DNA of 64,000 nucleotides from a virus: positions 1 to 64,000 of IMG/VR virus record IMGVR_UViG_3300031371_000001; one strand, 5' to 3'. Positions 1 to 7,642 of the stretch are shown piece by piece. A program made the translations under genes and the position numbers. Below the pieces are notes generated by a model. It did no database searches, was not told where the DNA came from, and worked only from the letters and a program-made list of their open reading frames with translations. Position 1 is the stretch's first letter; the number at the start of each line of letters is the position of its first letter.

Positions 1-368
1 TCCCCGGCGCGCGGCTTCAGCTTGGCGGCCATGTCGTCAAGCCTGTATTCGATCGCCTTCACTTCGTCGGCATAATCGTTATACGAAATCTCCGCTTCCT
101 CCCGGCGATGCTTCATGATCGAATCGCATTCGTCTTTGTCGAGTAGTTTGGAAAGCTTGCTATAGGCGTCGATTCGCTTCCGGGGAAACTTCGCCTTCGC
201 CGCCTTGACTTGCGCCTCGACGCAAGCGGCGTCGAAGGCGCGCGCCCATTCCCAAAAGGTCGAACGCAGTTCGGCCAGTTCTTCGAGTGTCGCCTTGAAG
301 TTCTTTCGACTAGCCTTCACGGTTCCTTCTCCAATACTCCGAAGTCGCCTCCTCGATTTCGTCGTCAT
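1..368 (-). CDS. hypothetical early protein (runs off the window start)
   Basis: Manual translation from ATG 368 (MTTKSRRR...KATLEELAELRSTFWEWARAFD...) stays open to base 1; absent from the ORF track because it has no stop in the window; an internal GTG start is possible. Confidence 0.6.
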   Translation of the reverse strand, partial: MTTKSRRRLRSIGEGTVKASRKNFKATLEELAELRSTFWEWARAFDAACVEAQVKAAKAKFPRKRIDAYSKLSKLLDKDECDSIMKHRREEAEISYNDYADEVKAIEYRLDDMAAKLKPRAG

Positions 369-370
369 GA

Positions 371-724
371 TCAACCCTCGATTCCGGACAGTGCACCGCG
401 GAGGTTCCGCTTGGCTTGCGCGATCCTGTTGTGCTTGACGTGAAGCTTTGCGAGCTTCGCGCTTTCGTGGACGAAACCGTTGAACGTGTTGGCGACGATC
501 CGATCCGCCGCCTTGACGATCGCGATCGAGTCCGCCGTGTCGTTCAGGCTCCGGACGTTCTTGCAAGTGACCGTGGAAATCTCGAAGGCGTCTTTGCCGT
601 GACGCGCGACGACGATTCCCCAAAGCGTCCGGACGGTGCCGATCTTCATTTCGGCAAGTTCGAGCTTCGCGGCCGTGACGTTCATTCCGTGATCCAGTTC
701 GGCAGTCGTGCAAGAAATCTTCAT
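371..724 (-). CDS. hypothetical early protein
   Basis: ORF 371..766; GGAGGG RBS before ATG 724 (MKISCTT...); lies directly downstream of promoter P1. Confidence 0.75.
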   Translation of the reverse strand: MKISCTTAELDHGMNVTAAKLELAEMKIGTVRTLWGIVVARHGKDAFEISTVTCKNVRSLNDTADSIAIVKAADRIVANTFNGFVHESAKLAKLHVKHNRIAQAKRNLRGALSGIEG

Positions 725-880
725 TGTTCCCTCCGTTGTTCCCGTGTTGTTGTTTCCCGTTGCCATGATTAAGTTATAGCCCGATAGGTATCGGATGTCA
801 AGCCTTAGAGTCGATTATTTTCGGGTCCTATGTCGTTTTTATGCTAAGTCGTTGAAACAATAGGCGAAACAGGAAATCCC
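722..880. repeat. ~150-bp direct repeat, copy 1 (promoter + leader cassette)
   Basis: Near-identical to 1636-1783: cattgttccctccgt...gccatgattaagttat...tgtcaagccttagagtcgattattttcgggtcc...gctaagtc.ttgaaac. Confidence 0.95.
773..801 (-). promoter_or_regulatory. sigma70-type promoter P1 with palindromic operator in the spacer
   Basis: TTGACA-N17-TATAAC; spacer contains CGAT-ACCT-ATCG (782-793). Confidence 0.85.
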
Positions 881-891
881 GATCCTGGCGC

Positions 892-978
892 CCGCATTCG
901 CCTTCTGAAGCCCCGGAGTCCTGGGGAATACAAGGGTAGCCGTCGCCGGCTCCCGGCGCCTTGACGGGCGCCTCCGGG
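892..978 (-). repeat. 87-bp dispersed intergenic element, copy A (inverted, most diverged)
   Basis: Reverse complement begins ccc.....cgc.cgt.aa and ends cgaatgcgg at the same 87-nt spacing as copies B and C. Confidence 0.5.
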
Positions 979-1057
979 CTTCCTGGAGGGTTCTTGTCGG
1001 GATTGTCTGAAGGGGTCGATTACTTCGAGGAAGGCGTGCCGGCTTCGATCTTCGTCG

Positions 1058-1366
1058 TCATGATCCCGCCTCCTCCCGCTTCGGAACGCTCGAAGTCCAA
1101 CCCTCCATCCCGACAGCCTTGACGCCTTCCGGAGTCGCAACCCATCCTCCCATTGGAATCGGAAGCTTGTTCCGATCCGCGAAGGCGCGCGCGCATTCTA
1201 TGAAGCCAAGAACCCGCAACGCTTCGATTGCCCGCTCCGAAGTTGACATTCCTCCGATCGGACTGTACCGGGGATCGATCGTCGCCTTCGCGGCGCAACG
1301 AAGTGTTTTCTTTAGGTATCCGGACGGATGATTGAAAATCTTTGTTGCCTCTTGCTTCGTCATCAT
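1058..1366 (-). CDS. hypothetical protein
   Basis: 102-aa ORF packed 2 nt behind 1369..1638. Confidence 0.65.
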   Translation of the reverse strand: MMTKQEATKIFNHPSGYLKKTLRCAAKATIDPRYSPIGGMSTSERAIEALRVLGFIECARAFADRNKLPIPMGGWVATPEGVKAVGMEGWTSSVPKREEAGS

Positions 1367-1368
1367 GA

Positions 1369-1638
1369 CTAGACCACCTTCGGAATGCTGTAGCTACCGA
1401 ACCGCCCCGCCTCCTGGATCGTCACGGGCGCCGGCGTGTCCCATTCGTCCCGGTTGAAAGGCGTATGAAGCGCCTCTTGCTCCGGAGCAAAGGGGATGTC
1501 CTTCGGGCAACGCGCATGAATCCATCCCTTCGAGGATTTGATGATCGCGCGCCCCGGTTGGATCCTTGCGCCGCAGTGCTTGCACCGTCCACCGAAACGA
1601 GCGTGCATGATTGGAATGCCGTTGTTCATCGTTGCCAT
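1369..1638 (-). CDS. small zinc-finger-like early protein
   Basis: ARFGGRCKHCGARIQPG...WIHARC (CxxC...HxxC); GGAGGG RBS before ATG 1638. Confidence 0.7.
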   Translation of the reverse strand: MATMNNGIPIMHARFGGRCKHCGARIQPGRAIIKSSKGWIHARCPKDIPFAPEQEALHTPFNRDEWDTPAPVTIQEAGRFGSYSIPKVV

Positions 1639-1783
1639 TGTTCCCTCCGTGTTGCTGTTTCCCGTTGCCATGATTAAGTTATGGCACGATACCTATCGGA
1701 TGTCAAGCCTTAGAGTCGATTATTTTCGGGTCCAATGTCGTTTTTCCGCTAAGTCCTTGAAACGATTGGCGAAAAAAGATCCC
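1636..1783. repeat. ~150-bp direct repeat, copy 2
   Basis: Matches 722-880 apart from a 9-nt leader deletion and scattered substitutions. Confidence 0.95.
1678..1706 (-). promoter_or_regulatory. sigma70-type promoter P2 with operator
   Basis: TTGACA-N17-CATAAC; spacer CGAT-AGGT-ATCG (1687-1698). Confidence 0.8.
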
Positions 1784-1841
1784 GACGATCGGGCGCGCGA
1801 TCATGCAAACCAGCGAAAACTCGACGTGTCTTCGAGAATGG

Positions 1842-1928
1842 CCCTAGAACGCTCGTGAATCGATCCAAGCCCCGGGGGATACCCTCGCAAGGGGACGACG
1901 CCCTGGACGCCCTGACGGACGAATGCGG
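1842..1928 (+). repeat. 87-bp dispersed intergenic element, copy B
   Basis: ccctagaacgctcgtgaatcg...cgccctggacgccctgacggacgaatgcgg. Confidence 0.7.
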
Positions 1929-2089
1929 ACCTCCAGCAAGCCCAACAAGAAAAGCGCCCGTCGGTTAGGTTGGGGGGATACCTTCCGAGGGGCGCCAGAG
2001 TCCAGGTTATCGCCTGTCCGCTTCGTTCGTCAAGCCTTGCCCGTCCGAACGCCGCGGGCGCCTGTTCCATAGTTGAAGGGCAGGAGGGA

Positions 2090-2281
2090 ATGATGTTCCA
2101 GGAAACGCCGCGAAGGTCCGATGCTTGGCTCACGATGTCGCTCGCATTCGCCGCTGTCGCCGTGTGCGATCTCTTTTTCTACCTCCTCGACTTCCCACGA
2201 ATCGCAGATTGGTTCGGCCCCTTCTCCGGAGCAATGATCCTGTTCGCGATCTGGCTTCACCTATATCGAAAGGGAAAGTGA
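2090..2281 (+). CDS. small membrane protein (two hydrophobic segments)
   Basis: AGGAGG RBS before ATG 2090; WLTMSLAFAAVAVCDLFFYLL and FGPFSGAMILFAIWLHL. Confidence 0.65.
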   Translation: MMFQETPRRSDAWLTMSLAFAAVAVCDLFFYLLDFPRIADWFGPFSGAMILFAIWLHLYRKGK

Positions 2282-2608
2282 ATGTCGCTTACAAAGAAGG
2301 TCGAAGCGTTGAAAGCGGAAGTTGCCGAACTCGAAAAAGAGAACACGCGGCTTGAAGGCGAGTGCGCCAAACTCGAAGGGCGAAATGACGAATTGAGTTC
2401 AGAGTTGAATAGCGCGGAGGAAGAAGTCGAGAAACTGAAAGATCAGTTGCTTGAATTCTACGGCAACGAAGAAGTGATCCACACCGCGAAGGAATTGATC
2501 GAACACGTCGAACGACATTTCCCCGGCGGTAAGATTCCAAAGACGAAAGATCGCGACTTCGGGATCTTCTTCGAGCGGTTACACAACGAAGTCAGGAAGG
2601 CGAGATAA
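2282..2608 (+). CDS. coiled-coil hypothetical protein
   Basis: Heptad-rich N-terminus; abuts both neighbours. Confidence 0.75.
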   Translation: MSLTKKVEALKAEVAELEKENTRLEGECAKLEGRNDELSSELNSAEEEVEKLKDQLLEFYGNEEVIHTAKELIEHVERHFPGGKIPKTKDRDFGIFFERLHNEVRKAR

Positions 2609-2817
2609 TGGAGATCCACAACACGATCGAAGGCGATTCGATTTCCGGCGGCGGTAAGATCGCGATCGATTGCGAAAGCCCGAATAGTTGCAAGCCGTTC
2701 ACCTTCACGATCGAATACACTGACGGAGGCTCGAAGAAGAAAACCTTGATTTGCCTTGACAGGACGGGTGCCCTTCAGCTTGCCTTGACTCTCGTTAAAG
2801 CTATCGCGCTACTGTGA
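2608..2817 (+). CDS. hypothetical protein
   Basis: TAATG stop/start overlap upstream, GTGA overlap downstream. Confidence 0.7.
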   Translation: MEIHNTIEGDSISGGGKIAIDCESPNSCKPFTFTIEYTDGGSKKKTLICLDRTGALQLALTLVKAIALL

Positions 2818-3398
2818 ATGACGAAGCCGAAAATCCCCGGTTCATATCGGGTGATATCGCCGCACTCCGCAAGGGGATCCACGAAAACAAGGTTGGGGAA
2901 CTCACGAAACAGATCGAGGAGGCGAAGCTTCGCATTCATGAATTGGAGATCGAAAGCGAAGCGCGCCTTCGACAGTTGAACGAACGCGGCGCGGCGCTTG
3001 TAAAAGCCGAAGCAAAGATCGACGAACTCAAAAACGAATTGAAGTGGAGGATCGATCGCCTTCAGGCAATCGAAAGCGACGGTAACAAGCCAAGCGAGAA
3101 CAAGCCAAGCGAGTTTGACGATTACTTCGGTGTTGAAATCCCGAAAGGCGAGCTTGAAATCCTTCGAACCGCAGTCGAGGCTTATGAACACGTCGATCGC
3201 TTTTGGGCGGGTTTCTTTCCCGGAGGTTCCATGCCGGTCGATCCGCAACTCGAACTGATTATAGTCAAGATGCTCGAAGCCTGTAAAAAAGAATACGGGC
3301 CGAAGCCTAATGATAGTTTTCCTAAAGGTAACTGGAACTCGAAGAAGCACGTATTGAACCCAACCGTGACGTCGCAAAAGAAGGACACGGACGAATGA
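2814..3398 (+). CDS. hypothetical protein with coiled coil
   Basis: 194-aa ORF coupled to both neighbours by 4-nt overlaps. Confidence 0.7.
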   Translation: MNDEAENPRFISGDIAALRKGIHENKVGELTKQIEEAKLRIHELEIESEARLRQLNERGAALVKAEAKIDELKNELKWRIDRLQAIESDGNKPSENKPSEFDDYFGVEIPKGELEILRTAVEAYEHVDRFWAGFFPGGSMPVDPQLELIIVKMLEACKKEYGPKPNDSFPKGNWNSKKHVLNPTVTSQKKDTDE

Positions 3399-4027
3399 TC
3401 GAAACCCCGAAGCTGGATCAGTTGAAGTCGCTTATCGAATATCTCGAAGTAACGGGCGGCCAGCGTTGCAAGACTGTCAACGACTTCTTCAACGCGATCG
3501 ATGATTCGCCTCCCGATGATCCGGACGAAAGGAAATTCGCGGCCGTGTTCCGGGAACAGTTATTCAAGGAGGCGATCGCCGGAACGCGCGCAACCTTCGC
3601 CATGTACTCGCCGCGATTCTTCTACGTCCACGACGGGACAGCCGATCCCGAAGCCGGCTTGTTCCTCCGGTTCGTCTACCTTCGCCCCGTGCTTTCGATC
3701 CGCTTCGCCGCCATGACGATCGCCCCGGGTGACAACACGTTCCTTGACGTGCTGTTCTCCGGATATGCGACGGGGATCCAGTTCGAGCGAAAGTCCGTCC
3801 AAGCCGCGCCCCTGGCGGCGTTGAAGGTTGCGGAGTCGATAGCGGACGCAAGGGGAACAACCGACTTCGCCCAATTCCTCCCGCAATCGCTTGACGAAAT
3901 TTACGGGAGGTTCCTAGCAACCCTCCTTGAACAGTTGAAGGACGGTTGCTTTCGATCGAAGGGTGGGACGCAAGCGCCGCAAGGCGGAAGGACGATCAAG
4001 CAATGGGACGACTTGAAGAAGGACTGA
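3395..4027 (+). CDS. hypothetical protein
   Basis: 210-aa ORF, ATGA overlap. Confidence 0.7.
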   Translation: MIETPKLDQLKSLIEYLEVTGGQRCKTVNDFFNAIDDSPPDDPDERKFAAVFREQLFKEAIAGTRATFAMYSPRFFYVHDGTADPEAGLFLRFVYLRPVLSIRFAAMTIAPGDNTFLDVLFSGYATGIQFERKSVQAAPLAALKVAESIADARGTTDFAQFLPQSLDEIYGRFLATLLEQLKDGCFRSKGGTQAPQGGRTIKQWDDLKKD

Positions 4028-4287
4028 AGCCTCGTGACATGGAAGAATTGGATCTTTGCCATAACGTCGATCGATTCGCGATCGCCATGAAAGAAAAGCT
4101 GATCCGCAAGGCGCGCGAAGGCTTCAGGGGTTGGAATCACGGTCACAACAAGATCCGGCTTCGACAACACTTCAAGGATCATCTTTACCGATACCTGACA
4201 GGGGACGACGCGCGGCCGATCATGCTGATTGATATCGCAAACTTCGCCTTCTTTCTTTGGTATCACTCGAAGGACGACGAATCGTGA
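4003..4287 (+). CDS. small all-alpha phage protein, possibly NTP-pyrophosphohydrolase (MazG-like) fold
   Basis: FAIAMKEKL..KAREG..GW...H......IDIANFAFFL pattern; start uncertain (4003 or 4039). Confidence 0.45.
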   Translation: MGRLEEGLKPRDMEELDLCHNVDRFAIAMKEKLIRKAREGFRGWNHGHNKIRLRQHFKDHLYRYLTGDDARPIMLIDIANFAFFLWYHSKDDES

Positions 4288-4526
4288 GATTGAATCTAAG
4301 CAAGGAAAAGCTCGAAAAAGTGAGGGACGCAATCCATGAAGCACAAGTCGCAAGACAAGTTCAAGCCGCAAGGTGCCTCCACTTCGCAAAACGAGAAGAA
4401 GACGAAGCAAAAGCGGCAAAGCTCTATCGCAAAGCGAAAGCCCATTCGGAGAAGGCGAAAGAGTACGAAGCGATCTTCGTCATGCTCGCAAGGGAATCGT
4501 ACTCTGACAATCGCATTCGACGTTGA
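4284..4526 (+). CDS. hypothetical helical protein
   Basis: GTG 4284 overlaps the previous stop (GTGA). Confidence 0.6.
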   Translation: MRLNLSKEKLEKVRDAIHEAQVARQVQAARCLHFAKREEDEAKAAKLYRKAKAHSEKAKEYEAIFVMLARESYSDNRIRR

Positions 4527-5052
4527 CGGAGTGCTTCGGAATCTCATGTCCGTTTACGTCGAACGCCTCGATCCTCCCCGGCGTGTCGAGGAAATCACGA
4601 CGTATCAAAGCGCCATTGATTTCGTCGGAAGCTTCGGAGATATGATCAAGATTCTTGACGACGAACGTTGTTGGATCGACGCGCCTTCGCACCTGGATCT
4701 CGTCTCAATGCTAAAACATTGCAAGTCGATCGGACATCGGGTGATCATCATTACGAACAACCCTTCATATCTTGGGAGGGTAATGACGATCCATTGGTTG
4801 AAGATCCGGGGAGTCCTCGATTGCGATCTTCACTTCACGAAGGACAAGTTGGAGATCCCTTTCGACGCTATCGTTGAAGACGATCCGGCAATGGCGAAGA
4901 AGTGCGCGATCGCGGGACGACTCGCCTTCATGGTGCGGCGGCCGTGGACCGTGCGCGTTCGATCGCTTTGGAATGTCGTCAGGTTGCCAGCGGACGAAGA
5001 AGCCTTTGAGGTCTTCTTCGATCGTCTGAACGATTGGAAGGCTACAGGGTAG
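4504..5052 (+). CDS. HAD-superfamily 5'(3')-deoxyribonucleotidase-like phosphatase
   Basis: IAFDVDGVL (HAD motif I), IITN, K..., IVEDD (motif IV); start uncertain (ORF track start 4336; possible CTG at 4504). Confidence 0.75.
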   Translation: MTIAFDVDGVLRNLMSVYVERLDPPRRVEEITTYQSAIDFVGSFGDMIKILDDERCWIDAPSHLDLVSMLKHCKSIGHRVIIITNNPSYLGRVMTIHWLKIRGVLDCDLHFTKDKLEIPFDAIVEDDPAMAKKCAIAGRLAFMVRRPWTVRVRSLWNVVRLPADEEAFEVFFDRLNDWKATG

Positions 5053-5401
5053 CGATCCAATCGACAACGCCTGTAAAGGCTACGCTTGTCTTGACAGTGA
5101 ATCCCGCCGTCGATTTCGCTGAAACGTAAGTGTTGACGTTCCCGTTCGGAGTCACGACGATCTTCGGAGTCGAAGCGAACGCGGTTGCGAACGTAACGGC
5201 AACAGTATCGACAGCCGCGAAGACCGCCGATCCGCGTTGCGTTGCGTCCGGAGTAACGTTCAACTTGTCGATGATTTCGTCCGTCTTGTCGATGACCGCA
5301 TTCAGGATCTCCGCAAGGTCGGAATCGGAGATCGTGTCCGTGACGTGTGCGCCGCCCGCAAACCATTGGTTGTCGATGTTCGACAGCTTAGTGATCGCCA
5401 T
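5042..5401 (-). CDS. small virion fibre/decoration protein with an H-type-lectin-like C-terminal domain
   Basis: Short coiled coil, then VTFATAFASTPKIVVT...STAGFTV...VDWIA, a typical fibre-tip pattern; GGAGG RBS. Confidence 0.55.
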   Translation of the reverse strand: MAITKLSNIDNQWFAGGAHVTDTISDSDLAEILNAVIDKTDEIIDKLNVTPDATQRGSAVFAAVDTVAVTFATAFASTPKIVVTPNGNVNTYVSAKSTAGFTVKTSVAFTGVVDWIATL

Positions 5402-5413
5402 GATTCACCTCCA

Positions 5414-6031
5414 CTAGACCTGAAGCGCGATCGCAGAAATGATCCAGGAATTCACCTTCACGGCTGTAACCCCGTCGTCCATGACTTGCAGCTTGCAAGT
5501 CCGGGCGCCCGCGGCAAGGCCGGCCTGAAGGTGATGAGCCATTCCGGGAAGTGCGTCTTGCGTTGCGAGAAGATCGACGGGGATCGCTTGTCCGTTGTTG
5601 CCGTCGATCACGACCCGGAATTGGGCTTGCACTGCCGCCGCTGCGTTCGCTTCGGCCGAAGCTTGCGCGATCGCCATTGCGGCGCCGGCGTCGTTCAACG
5701 TGACGTCCACCGAAGCGCCCGTCACATCCTCCCAGGTTCCGCCTCCGCTCGAAGTGAACGGCCCGGTCGAAGCGTCGGAGGCGGAAGGAACCGCCTTCTT
5801 CACTTCATCGGGTCCGCTTTCGTGCGAAGCGGCGTGCGCGGTCGGCGTCCGCGCGTCCGTCATGCGGGAATCGGAATCCGAGACGTAGGGATCCCCGGCG
5901 GCCGGCGTCCCGGTGCCAGCAAGTGCCGCCTTTTCGTCAGCACTCGGAAGTTGTCCGGGGATGTCCTCCCCGTTGACCGTTGCGGTTCCCGCGCCGATCA
6001 CAATTCCATCGGTTCCAAATTCGCCGGCCAT
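5414..6031 (-). CDS. putative virion fibre protein
   Basis: DSRMTDARTPTAHAASH His-repeat seen in tail fibres; Ala/Gly/Thr-rich beta domain; AAGGAGG RBS. Confidence 0.55.
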   Translation of the reverse strand: MAGEFGTDGIVIGAGTATVNGEDIPGQLPSADEKAALAGTGTPAAGDPYVSDSDSRMTDARTPTAHAASHESGPDEVKKAVPSASDASTGPFTSSGGGTWEDVTGASVDVTLNDAGAAMAIAQASAEANAAAAVQAQFRVVIDGNNGQAIPVDLLATQDALPGMAHHLQAGLAAGARTCKLQVMDDGVTAVKVNSWIISAIALQV

Positions 6032-6124
6032 GATTCCTCCTTCTTTCCCCCGCGTCGTTCGCTATATTGTCACGATTCTGTTTGCTTGTCGAGAGGTTGG
6101 CTAGATCCGCCTTATCAAAGCGGT

Positions 6125-6361
6125 TCAGGTGTTCATCTTGAAGTTCGGCCCCGCGTTGACTTCGATCCATCCCTTCTTTTCTTCGTCCCATCCTCGAAGT
6201 GTGTTGTCCTTTGTGTCAATGACGAAGCGATTTCGCTTTGACTTTCCGGGGAATGCATCAAGGTCTTCAGGATCCGGATATTCGGCCGGCCCATAGCATC
6301 GTTGAAAGCCTCCGAGACTTGCAATTAGATTCCTGACATTCGGAATTCTCAGGATGAACAT
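6125..6361 (-). CDS. small hypothetical protein
   Basis: GGAGG RBS; FVIDT....RGWD....W resembles fibre-associated motifs. Confidence 0.6.
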   Translation of the reverse strand: MFILRIPNVRNLIASLGGFQRCYGPAEYPDPEDLDAFPGKSKRNRFVIDTKDNTLRGWDEEKKGWIEVNAGPNFKMNT

Positions 6362-6370
6362 CGCTTCCTC

Positions 6371-7546
6371 CTACGGAATTACTGTTCCGGCACCGTCAAC
6401 CCATGCAAGCCCGGTCCATCGCAACGGCGTACCCGCCGGCCCGATATCGAGCGCCAAGAATTCGTAACCAATCGGGATCCCTGTCGGACGTTGATCGGGG
6501 CCGCCGGCGCCTGTCGTACCGTAGCCAAACGTTCCTGTCCAAATACGAAGACAAGCCCCCGCAACGTTCCAACCGTTCCAAGGTGCGGTGCCAAGAGCGT
6601 CGATTGCAACGTCCCCAATCAAAAGGATCGAAGTCGGGTCCATATCGATCGGAGTCGTTATCCCGCCTCCAATGTTTTGAGTCTTCAACAGGAACGCAGT
6701 CGATCCGTTACGCCCCTTGATCCCCGTCGCGGCTTGCCCGATCATCGTATCGAGCGAAACGAAAAATCCTCCGTCCATGTCGATAACGGTTCCCGTCGCA
6801 ATGTTCGGATTGATCCCGAAATGGTTTCCGACCATAGCAAACCCGCCGTCACAAACGATCCCGCGATCCGGACCCGGAGTTCCGAACGATCCGCCACTTC
6901 CTCCCAGGAAGAAGATACAACCGCCATTTTCGAGATAGGCGGCGTCCCCTCCGTTATCGCCGTCAACGCCGCAATAGATGCAAATCAGGTTTGCATCTGG
7001 ATCCGGGTTATCGACGTGAAGCGCACGGGCGCCCGATCTCGATACGAAGTGACTGTTGACAACGAACGATTCGGACGAAACACCGATCGGCGCGTCGTTG
7101 AAAAAGTGAAGCGCCGTGTCTGTCGGATCCGTTGATTCCGTAACGATCTCGACGCCAAAAATCAACGATCCACGATGCGGCATCTTACAGGTGATTTCAT
7201 CCGAGACAACACGAGTGGCGCCGCTGATCCCAAATCCGACAGGGCTTACAAGCGAGAAGTTGCGGCGCAACTCGAAGACGTCTTCGTAATCACGCCCCGG
7301 CATAAGTTGAAGGATATATTTATTGTCTTCGGCTTCGTCCGTGATATCTGCAAGAGCGTCAGAAGGAAGGCGATAGTCGCCACCTTCGTGATCGATAACA
7401 ACGACGTTGCTTCCACGGGCCGCATTCAGATTCGTAATGATCTGATTGATCAAAGTCGCAAGATCGTCATTGCCGTCAGCGAATCGTGTAATGTTGTCTT
7501 GTCCGTCGAAATGGTCGTAAGGGATGGGTGGCAATGGGGTTCGCAT
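6371..7546 (-). CDS. putative beta-helix tailspike-like virion protein
   Basis: GGDYRLPSDAL entry motif, Gly/Ile/Asp-rich beta-helix-like body, C-terminal RPTGIPIG...PLRWTGLAWVDGAG module; AAGGAGG RBS. Confidence 0.55.
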   Translation of the reverse strand: MRTPLPPIPYDHFDGQDNITRFADGNDDLATLINQIITNLNAARGSNVVVIDHEGGDYRLPSDALADITDEAEDNKYILQLMPGRDYEDVFELRRNFSLVSPVGFGISGATRVVSDEITCKMPHRGSLIFGVEIVTESTDPTDTALHFFNDAPIGVSSESFVVNSHFVSRSGARALHVDNPDPDANLICIYCGVDGDNGGDAAYLENGGCIFFLGGSGGSFGTPGPDRGIVCDGGFAMVGNHFGINPNIATGTVIDMDGGFFVSLDTMIGQAATGIKGRNGSTAFLLKTQNIGGGITTPIDMDPTSILLIGDVAIDALGTAPWNGWNVAGACLRIWTGTFGYGTTGAGGPDQRPTGIPIGYEFLALDIGPAGTPLRWTGLAWVDGAGTVIP

Positions 7547-7620
7547 ATTGGCCGCCTCCTTCTAAGGCTTTACCATGCTTCGGTGAACGTTTCTAGTCAA
7601 GGTGAAACGGAATTTGCTAT

Positions 7621-7632
7621 CGATAGGTAACG
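7621..7632. promoter_or_regulatory. operator-like site CGATAGGTAACG upstream of a TTGACT -35-like hexamer (7595-7600)
   Basis: 11/12 match to the P1/P2 operator; intergenic; the -10 element is weak. Confidence 0.4.
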
Positions 7633-7642
7633 CGCGCGAAAG

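Noticed and set aside
255-290. LAELRSTF in the leftmost partial gene as another tag copy
   Set aside because: Only a partial match (Ala at position 2), not terminal and without the Lys/Pro linker; left out of the motif set.
876-1020. tRNA in the hairpin-rich intergenic region
   Set aside because: No cloverleaf, TTCRA T-loop or acceptor stem was recognisable; no tRNA or rRNA was seen anywhere in the window.
722-1783. CRISPR array or attachment sites
   Set aside because: Only two long repeats separated by genes; no regular repeat-spacer periodicity and no integrase in the window.
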